From Trichosphaerium sp. ATCC 40318 (Eukaryota; Protista; Tubulinea): a stretch of 64,000 nt of DNA. This document shows, one piece after another, positions 26,173-36,332 of the stretch. Every line of letters begins with the position of its first letter. The stretch's first letter is position 1. The position numbers were made by a program, and so were the translations under genes. Below the pieces are notes generated by a model that saw only the letters and a program-made list of their open reading frames with translations, was not told the DNA's origin and ran no database searches. The DNA is taken from NCBI GenBank assembly GCA_038496445.1, contig JALMLS010000577.1, forward strand, positions 62,001-126,000, read 5' to 3'.

Positions 26173-29047
26173 ATGAGTATTAGCCGTATTGGAGGATAAT
26201 CGATTACGAGATACTCCTACAAATGAATCGAAAGCTTCTTTCAAGCCAAGACAAAGGAGACACCGTCCTTAATTACGCGTTGGTTGCTTTATATTTTGGT
26301 ATTGCTCTTCTATCTGGTATTCTATTCGTGACGCGTAATAACGCATCAAGTACGACTAATATACAGTACCAACAAAGCTTATGTGTTAACAACAGATGTA
26401 TTCGCTTACTCATCAGTAATTTTATATGCGGGTGTGTTTTTACAAACAACAGGTACGGTTACCACTACATATAGCTTCTTCAGCGTTTTTAACAAGTTAC
26501 AGTGGCAGCAATTGTACTTTGGCTGAACGTACAGTTTTCAGGCCGAAACTTGACCACAAGTATACCCGCCATACTGTTTTTTATGGTGAGTACTATACAG
26601 TTATCAATATGGTGCGTTTGTTTACAAAAAAAGTTGTTTTTTACACACTACAACTTTTGTAACGCTTTTTCCAAAAGGTTCTTGTACTATGTCAAGGGCA
26701 CCACAGCAAGGACTAAAAAAAGGCGCATACGCGAGAGAAAAGTTCTAATGTGGGTAGTGGCAGTGAATGTGATTAATTGGATAGTGATTATCACAACTGT
26801 ACAGCTCTCCACTTCCTTAGCGTCCAATACAGCAAAGGTAAAAAATCCCAAAATTTCAAGTTGCCCCAACAATGGCAATCATTTGTTTCTTTGCTCTATT
26901 ATTCTTTACGGCGAAAAACAACACTCGTTTTGCTTTTTACACTCTTATAACCTCTAAAAGTATTTTTTTTAAAGGACGTTTTCAACTTTTTGTTGGCTTC
27001 TATTTTTGCAATAGAATGGCTCAGTATATCACTTGTTAGTTGCGTAATATGGTATCGATTGAAAAAACTTGGATGTTTTGTCCGTTACAATCGGATGGTA
27101 CGCGTGTTTACGATAACTAAAGTAACAACTAATCCAAAAATGACATTTTATCTTTTTTTGTATTTCTTCTTGCTGACACTTCGTTTAGTCTTATATTGGA
27201 TTTATTCCCTTTGTTGTTTGTCTTTTAATACGCTCCATAGGCACATAGAAATACTTGTGACTTTAAAACATGACTGATTATTTATAGTGGACTTTTTATC
27301 AGCATCTGCCATACCAATCAGTTTTCCATTTAATCCTTTTAAGAACAATCGAGCTTTAATCGTTCAAGACACTCTACCAACATTCTGTATTCTAATGCTA
27401 CACTGGTGCTCCCCATTTGTACCCAATAATCGCAATGAGAACGAACGGTACGCGTTTTTTGTAACTAACTTGGTTAGTGTTAATCAATTTCCGTAGCGAT
27501 GCTCTTATCGTTTCTACTGACGAATCAGGGTCTATTGATGTCGAACGGATAGCAAGGGTTGCAAAAAAAGAACGTATTAAAGCATCTAAGAGATACAGAA
27601 GGCAGTCACATATTGTCCTGCTGCCAGAGGACGGAGTGTCACACAGTGAAGTAAACAAACATGTTGCAAAGATAAACAAAGACAATATAAAATTCATAAT
27701 GAACCAAGACGGCAGCGAATACTCTCTTCTAGGTACATCACCATTGAAATGACATCCTGCACCTACTTTACCAATACTGAGACACATATTACAGGCAAAG
27801 GAGCTACAGGTCATGTGTATCATGCGATGTGGTGCGACGCTACTGAAGTTGCTGTTAAGATGATTGCTATTCCTGAAGAGTATTTAGAAGATGCTTACAT
27901 GGAGGACATGAGGAGGGAGATTTTTATTCTTAGTCAACTCAGTCATCCTAATATAGTACAATATCTTGGAGCGTGTGTTGTAGGACGTAATAGTCTATGG
28001 CTTGTGATGGAGTATGTTGTTGAAGGCAGCATTGATAATGTATATGGGTAGGTTTTTTGGACAATACTCATTTGGAACAAAATAGGACAATCCTTCTCAC
28101 TCTCTGCCTCATTGTAGGGATACTCTTAAAAAAGGCAAGCCGCTAGACGAGTCTATGATGATTTGTATAGCAAAGGATGTGAGCGCTGGCATGTCGTACT
28201 TGCACAAGCGCAATATAATTCATAGGTGAGCCAAACGAAATTATAAAATCTTTCATTTAATTTAATAATGACTCTTACCTCCATTAGGGATTTAAAACCG
28301 CAAAATTTGCTGGTAGTACGACACGCAAGTGGCGCATTCAAGGTGAAGATAACAGGTACCTAGCATGCTAACAGTCTGTATATTGATTTATTTTCAAGAT
28401 TTTGGTACTGCCACTTTGCTTAATGAAAAGATTGAGCCACTATTACGCATTAGTAACTGTGGTACTCCTCAATATGCTGCACCAGAGTTATTGAAGCGAA
28501 AAGAATGCACTAAAAAGTGTGATGTGTATAGTTTTGGCGCTATCATGTGGTACCACATTTTAAATATCATATTTTTTTCTTTAGAACATAGCTACTGCCC
28601 TTTCATATGAAAAACCTTTAAATTTACTACATCTGTTGTAGCATGTTTTTTCTAAATGCACAGTGTTTCGTTTGTTCAAAAAATGTTGTCATGTCCTGCG
28701 GGATGCTACCTGTTTTTAAAAATGGAATTTTATTGTTTTTTTATTTTCATTTGATTTCAAAAAACTAAGTATTTTCCTTCAGGCAGTTTATAATGCGACA
28801 ACCACCCTATGGCAAAATAGAAAGGCTTCAAATCATTCAATTACTTGTAGAAGATAGACTTCCTCAACTAAAGGACTCATTCGATGAAGATTGCAGCAAG
28901 CAGCTATCTGCGATTGTTAAACAGTGTCTTGAACTTGATCCAACTGTTAGACCTACTTTTACACAAATCTCAGTGTACTTTAGAGATAAGCTATCAGAAA
29001 AGCCGGTTTTGGTCTCTCGTAGCCCTGCCGAACAAGCATTTCAGTGA
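26173..29047 (+). CDS. Multi-TM (7TM/GPCR-like) receptor fused to a TKL-family protein kinase
   Basis: About 6-7 hydrophobic segments in exons 26223-27420. Kinase motifs follow: GKGATGHV, VAVK, HPNIVQYLG, H/RDLKPQN, DFG, GTPQYAAPE, DVYSFG, RPTF. Confidence 0.85.
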
Positions 29048-29273
29048 CCCCTTTTTTTACAACTAAAGTTGCTGTGACTATATTTAAATGAATAAAAAAA
29101 ACCTGTAAATTAATGACATCTCAGAGTAGCCAATGATGAAACAAGCTTATCACATCAATCATATATACTAATGCGTTCAACGTAAAAGCGCAAAATGGTA
29201 TTTAATGGTTGACATGTGCAGTGAAGGCGTGAAAGTGCTTAACGAGGCTTTTGGTTAAGTTGTGGCCTTGCCA

Positions 29274-29964
29274 ATGCTGCTCTGGGGACGAGCACGTATT
29301 GTAACACGCACGCAGAACCGCGCGGTGGGTTTTAACTCCACGCGAAAAAATGCTAGAGCTTATGCACAGGACCATAAGGTAATTATAGTGTATTACGCGT
29401 ACAAACAACTGTAGAATATCGATGAGAACATTTTGAAGCATTTGAAAATTGTTTTTGCTCGTGGAACTGGACCAGGTGGAACAAACGTAAATTGTCGCAG
29501 TACAAAGGTAGAACTAAGGTACCATAACATATTTGACACTCTTGTCAACCAAAAGCCTTAGGCTCGACTGTGCCAAGGTAGTACCTGATCTACTACCTCA
29601 CCTACGACGTATAAAACCAAGTACACGGCGATTGCAGTAGTTTTTTTCAGTTGACATTTGTAAAACTAGAGGCTATTACAGATGAAGGGACACTTGTCAT
29701 TGCAACACATAAGCATAGACTACAGGTAGACAACCGACGTTATGCCATGATCCTGCTTGCACAGGTCCTGAATGATGCCAAGGTACACCTATGCGGCTGA
29801 GCACATTCTTAACACGGATACAGGCGGGTGCTCGCCACGAAGTTTCTCCATCTAAAATTGCAAGACAAAAAATACTGAAAAAGAAGAACAGAGCACGCAG
29901 AAGAGCGAAGCAAAAGTATGGTGATTCATCAAGTGAGAAAGAAACACCGCCCGACTCAACGTAG
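29274..29964 (+). CDS. ICT1/mL62/ArfB-like codon-independent release factor homologue, mitochondrial-type N-terminus; GGQ reads GGT
   Basis: Spliced FARGTGPGGTNVNCRSTKVELR...ITDEGTLVI...LQVLN, plus a basic C-tail (KKKNRARRRAKQK). Arg-rich, acid-free N-terminus MLLWGRARIVTRTQNR. Confidence 0.8.
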
Positions 29965-30106
29965 GATATGCGTTTACTCGCGTAGCTGAAATGCACACGT
30001 GCTGTTTAAGTCAATTGTAAATAATTAATACTCGTATAATGTATGCCATTGTACCTATTTTCACCTGCGAACGCGCAATAATGATATTGGGAGCGTGAAA
30101 CCGCTC

Positions 30107-33007
30107 ATGTTACTTGTTAAACCGAAAACCCTCACATACGTTCGTTGTATACATTCCATACGCGTTAGTACGTATCCTGTGTCGTGTAGCCCAAATATTA
30201 TGTTTTATATTTGTTTTGTACAGTAAAACGCGTATACTTATGCTACGGAGGTTATAATGGTTCACGGCGATGCATTTCGCTAGTCGCTGCTCGAATTCTG
30301 AGTAAAAAATTGAGCAGTAAGCAAGTGGCACCTACAAAAACTGTTGTCAACCCTCAATCCCAGCTTGTTGTCCAACGACAAATTTTTGACAAGTATGGTA
30401 AAACACATGGCTGTTATTGTTTCACAGACTGGTACACTGCACCAGTTCACAACTCAACAGAACTTTCAAGCATAGTAGCAAGGTACAAGCCCAAAAAAAA
30501 GACAAATGCCTAACCGATTTCTACTAGCTACTACAACGACAGCGTGCCCACCGCTCTCTCTTTTGTGTATCCAAAGTATCACTGGCAGGAATCGAATTTC
30601 ACGTGCGTAGTTAGTATTAATAGCCCTTCTCATTATAATCAAGGAACCTTGAGACTAATGTCTGGACGGATCGTCAAACACAACATGTCAAATACGATTT
30701 TGTATCCAAGCACTTACGTATATTCACTTACCATGACTGGTACGACTTTACCACCGATATGCTTGCAGTGTACAAACACGTTGGTGTTGTAGTAAGGTAA
30801 AAAAGGGTAGTAACAAAATCACGTGTTGACTCACGTGCCATATTTTAGGTATTCATCCTCGATGTATAAATCTTTACGTGTTGTATATCCAGAACACAAG
30901 TGGGCACCTCATCTCTTTGTGTACTACCCCCTTGTCGGTTGAAGCTCTGTTCTAAATTATACTTGCAGGGAAGCCAAGAATATAAATGATGTCGCCGTAC
31001 AGAGACAAATGTTTGGCGCTATAGCCAGAATACTAGATGTAAGAAAGAGAGAGCAATGGTATAACGTCTCATGGAAACAACTCAATGAATCCGGTGCCCA
31101 GCTCATTCTTTCCAAGTACGCTCTTTTTTTTCAAACATATAACAAGTTATTGAGAAAGGGTACTAATGTTTTTAAACAAAAGGTATGGAAGTTCTGTATC
31201 AAAGACTTTACAAGGAGTTTACTCCGAATATGAATGGTTTCCATGGCGTTTTAGGTGCGTCAGACCTTTTAATTCAACTGTAAGTCACTTAGTTGATCAA
31301 CTTGGTAAAGGCAAGCACCCAAAAAATATTGGGATGACATAGAGAATCAAAGATTACGTTTTGAGCATATAGCCAAGGCTTTGCGCTGTTTAACTTTTGA
31401 TGATTGGTATGGAATTACAACCAACGATGTTCTTGACGAGGGTGGTGGTGCAATACTGTCAAAGTGCGTCCTTATTTGTACAGCCATGTGTGCTCAACTT
31501 GCCAAAATAAACTGCACAAACAGCTAACCCTTCCGCAACAGGTACAACTTATCACTTTCTACTTTGTTAAAAGAACTATATCCAAGAATAACATGGTCTT
31601 TCGAAAAGCTATCGTAAGTGAACACAGTTGTGGCACTCTATATTTCATCTGACTATGTTCCCCTCAGCCACGTGCCAAGGTATTTTTGGAGTGACATAGC
31701 GAACCAAAGAGCACGTTTTGAGGAGATAGCAAAGACCAGAAACATAAAGACATTTGATGAATGGTACACCACACAGTGTTCTCAGGTCTACACAAACGGA
31801 GGTTCGGGTGTTATGATTAAGTATGCGGTATATTGTATGTGTATGTACTAATGATTCTTAAAGATACGACCATTCCTTGTCAAAGGCGTTGCAAGCCATG
31901 TACCCCAACTATCAATGGATTACATGGAAATTCACGTGCGTCAATCTACGTCATATACTTGAGTTAATGCTAAGCTTTTGAGTTCAGCTATACGCCTCCA
32001 TGGTTCTTCAAGGAAGAAGAAAACCAACTCACATTTTTAAAACAACTTGAAAAGTCACTGTCTATTCATGACCCTCAAAAATGGTACAATAAAACATGTA
32101 AAGTTGTGTTGAAAAGATTAATTTCTAGGCAACGTGTTTCTCAGAACGAATTCTCGGAACGTGGTGCTTCTGCCATGGAACAATCTTATGATGATAGTCT
32201 AAAACTACTATATCCTAATGTAACATGGAGTTCAGGATCAATTCGTAAAGGTCCAGCAGCGAAGAAGAGTGCTCAAGGGTAAGAATATTAATTCTCTAAC
32301 TTACATTTTCCTTACTGCTTGACTTGTCTAGGATTCTGTTGACAACGCTCAGTCAAATCTTTGAGCAATGTACAGTCATTGAAGAACATGCCTTTGGTGT
32401 TTCTACAGAGCTTGGTACAGATATGACATTTGATGCATACATTCCAGAGTACAACCTGGCTATAGAGTACCAAGGTAGTTAACACAATCCCAAAAAAAAG
32501 TTTTCTTAGTCAGTGCCCAAACAATGAATCTGATCAATTTGCATTTAGGAGAGCACCATTATCACAACTTCAAAAAACGTGACTCTCCAGTTCGTATTTA
32601 TGAGATGAGAGACTCATCAAAAGCAATGCAATGTCAAGCACTTGGTGTACACTTAGTACATGTCCCTTACTGGTAAGCCAATCGTTTTTTTACGATGCAA
32701 TCTTAAAGTCGCAAAAGGTGGAGTGGTTGCAAGCAGGATTTAGCCGAACTGATCTGTCGTACATGTCCTTCAATAGACTTTAGTTTCACCCAAGAAACTG
32801 AGAGTAGTATTTCCTCGCTTGAAAGAACGCCAGACGATGCTGAAACGAATAGTACCCAAATAAACTTGCGTTTAAATTTTACTTACATTTTCATTTGTAA
32901 TAGGTACATTACCACTCATGGCACCTTGTGATATATAATATTATGATACTATGTACAATAAAAACAAAAAAAGAATAGTTGATAAGCAAGTTGTTCACTG
33001 TTCATAA
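30107..33007 (+). CDS. Tandem ~70-aa Trp-repeat protein (6 repeats) with C-terminal PD-(D/E)xK/Vsr-DUF559-like nuclease domain (paralog B)
   Basis: Same repeat as paralog A (e.g. HVPRYFWSDIANQRARFEEIAKTRNIKTFDEWY...GGSGVMIK/YDHSLSKALQAMYPNYQWITWKF). It is followed by FDAYIPEYNLAIEYQ/GEHHY...RDSSKAMQCQALGVHLVHVPYW/W. The end is approximate. Confidence 0.75.
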
Positions 33008-33575
33008 CAACAAAAATAGAACGTCCGAAAACAAACAACAGTGTCAACAAAGCAACTCGTTCTCAACACACACGTCTACTGGGCAGTTCAGTTAACCAAC
33101 GACCAATAAACGAACCAACTAACACGTGACTATTCTGAAATCCTATATAACAAATGTAATTTTGTAACAAATATTTCACTTGCAGGCACAAAGTTTACAG
33201 TTAGTCAAAATTGGAGAAATTGGAGAAATTCACAAACTGTCGAAATGCTGTACTCTGAAGTAATGAGAAATTATTTCGTTACTGTGGTGAGAAAAGGTAG
33301 CTTTAAAGGCGATTTGCTTCTTGTAACCATTAGTGAGTGCAGTGCTCAATACTGAATTTCAGAAGCAGCCCAAATAACTCACTTTTGAAGAGTACTGCAG
33401 TTTCGAAAAAATGGAAATGAACTAAGCACGTGACAAAAGATGGCTATAGAATGAACGAGCATACGCCACATACTAACCATGGTAAGTGAGCTAGCTGTGA
33501 GCGGTGCTGTAGGTTTGTAAGTAGTCAATTGTGTTCCAATAAAGCGGTTTTTGTCCATTTCCCATTCCACACAAC

Positions 33576-36029
33576 ATGGAAAAAAAAGAAGGCGGGTCAC
33601 CTCAAGGATCCTTCGTGCTAGTGCGCTCGCAATCTTACGCGCCTGTCCAACTAAAAAGAGCATGTACTTTGCGTATCGCTGTCGTTGAGGGATTGGATTT
33701 TGCGTTCCCGCAAAACACGCAGTTCTATGCTAGCATATCAATTCCAATATTGAAGAGAAAGGTTGTTACAACGAGTACGGAACATTATTGTTTTCGATAT
33801 CACGTGGGTCTTGTTTAATTCAGTTTAGCTCTATCTAACACTGATATACCTGTTTGGTACGTATAAAACTGGAAGTAAAACATGAGAAACTAAATAAAAG
33901 AAAACAGGCACCAGCGGTTCCTCATGACGTTTCACTCGCATATAGAGATGACAACGTACCCTCTCCTAGTCAAAATCAAAGAAAAGACGGGTAAATTCAC
34001 AGCTCGAGAGGTAAGACTGTTGATATACACTCCTACTTAGTGCGTAAAAGGTTGCTAGTACTAAATGGGAAGGTTTGAGTCATTTGAAGCACGGCGTTGC
34101 AAAGCACGTGTTTTTATATGAGCGGATCCGCGGTATAGGTATTGACGTTCAATAGGGACTTCTGGATAGATTTTAAAGATAGATCCGAAAGACTACATTT
34201 AAACATGCGATGGACCACAGAAGCGGTCGTCGCGTCTATGAACCCATTTGCTCGGTGCGTCAAACAAAGGCAGTACGTTACTTACCAAGAAATTAGATCT
34301 CTTCCAGATATGCACATTGTTGTGCCTCTCAAGACGTATCACTCAGGTGATACTGTCAGAGGGGTGCTAAATTTTAGTACTACAAGCGCAGTTAAGATTA
34401 GTAAAGGACTCTGCGTAACATTACAAGCATGGGTGCGCTCGTTTACGAAATAAAAAGTACATCACGTGATGAATCCAAATAGGAGTCAGTCAGGTTTACA
34501 TCAGGGCCAGAATCTCAACAACAACGCGGTAAAGCTGTGTTGTATAATAAAACAATGCAACTCATAGATAAAGCCAACATTGCACCCGGCATGTACAGGT
34601 ACAAGCGCAGAGGAATGTCAAAAAAAATTATGTTAAATTTGAATGCTAGCCTTGATTTTTCCATCCAAATACCGACAATGGCTCAATCCTCCTTTTATGT
34701 CAAATCCAAAGGGAAACGAAATGCAAACGCTGCCGTGGTTTGGTACAAAAATATTATATGTCAAGACGATTAAAACCCTAGCAGGAAGCTCATAGCATTT
34801 GTCGATAAATACTCAGAATCTTCCCCTACATGCGCGGGTACTACGCCTGTGTGTTCCTTTAATAGGCTAACAATTCCGCTATCAAGCCGTTGAGATCCAA
34901 GTCTTAAATCTCGTGGATCCTAAAGCCTATGCAAAGAAATACGAGTGCGCCTTTTCTACTACTATTTCTCAAAGCCATTACTTTGGTCTTATTGACGTAC
35001 AGGTACATTGACAAGAAAACACAAGTACGATTTTTGGCAGTAGTTGACAAGGCTGTCATCTTCACAGACGATACTCCAGGTGACTTATGATCTCTGTGGT
35101 TGTAACTGACTTTTCTTAAGCTTTACAATTCCAGTTTGAGTGCTTCAATCCCAAAACTGAACCAGTAAAAATAAATGAGATAAAACTAGTTACCAGAGAG
35201 ATTTACACTGCAAAGAAACCACGTGCTACCAAGAAAAAATTCAGGTACCATCAATACCACGGTCATTTGCACTTAGGCGTTCACTAGGGATACACTTTGC
35301 CGCATTAAAGTGAATCAAACAATAAAAGGATTTGACAGGCACGATTCCTATTCTTTTAAAAGTGACATTTTTGACTTAATCCTTAGCTTCAAGCATGGGT
35401 TTTACCTCGATTTTGCCAAATACAAGGTTAGTTGTTGTCTCTTAAATAATGTCTCTTAACAGACAATAGGACTTATGGCCATCAATGCTCCCTGATAATT
35501 TAGGTATGAAGTCAGTACTGAATTGCATTTTTAACTAAGTATGTTTGTAGAACATGTTTCAAAACGATACTGGATACACATTAAGACGGAAATGCATGGT
35601 ATTTTGATTTTGTTTTTTATTCAGTTCAAGATAAGACTTATCTCCTTGCCAGGCCAAAACATAAAAGTGGCTTTCCCAATGATAGTGGCTGGTCACCCAA
35701 GGTCTAAAGTTTCAGCTTCTTCAGCATCTGATGATGACTCCGAGTCATCCTCATCGACATCCAAGAGCAGCCAACAAGAACAAGTCAAGCTAACAGCTTT
35801 AGAGATGTCGGATTCTGACAGCTTACCAAGTATGGTACCTCTTGATGGCGCCAGCGTTAGCTCACATCAAGTGAACGATGGAGGCGGAGCTCTAAGACGT
35901 TCAAAATTCGATAAACCAGATCCTCAGCACCAAAACGTGTTTGAGTACGATTGCAACATTGTTATGTCTGACATTGTCGACGTGAATCCCTTTACGAAAT
36001 TGTGTAACCCTTGCTACATTTCGTTGTAG
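33576..36029 (+). CDS. C2-like plus arrestin-domain protein
   Basis: N-terminal C2-like exons (LRIAVVEG..., PVW, ...FWIDF). Arrestin-N-like KTYHSGDTVRGVLNF...G.Y.LDFSIQIP...SSF. Second beta-sandwich and Ser-rich tail. Confidence 0.65.
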
Positions 36030-36332
36030 ATTGTAATAAAATTTCATAATAATGGTTGCATTCACGCGCGTGGTGAAACGCCAATCAAGCTTATTCGTAA
36101 TACGCTGAGTCTTCAACTTTTGAGACAAAACGTCACCAAAGCAGTCTTACGATCTGCAATTGCCAACGCTCAACAAATTTGGCATTCCCTCTATCACTAG
36201 CTTCATGTTCGGCAATTTGCCGAAGGTGACAGACACGTTTTGGTGCGAAATTAAGTTTTGTGTTTGTTCACGTAAAATTATTCTTTCTTACCACACCCTT
36301 GTCTACAACAGCAATTCACGTATTTCTTCCTC

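Noticed and set aside
33210-33230. TTGGAGAAA tandem duplication and a possible uORF/5' intron upstream of the arrestin gene
   Set aside because: Too short to distinguish from chance or slippage.
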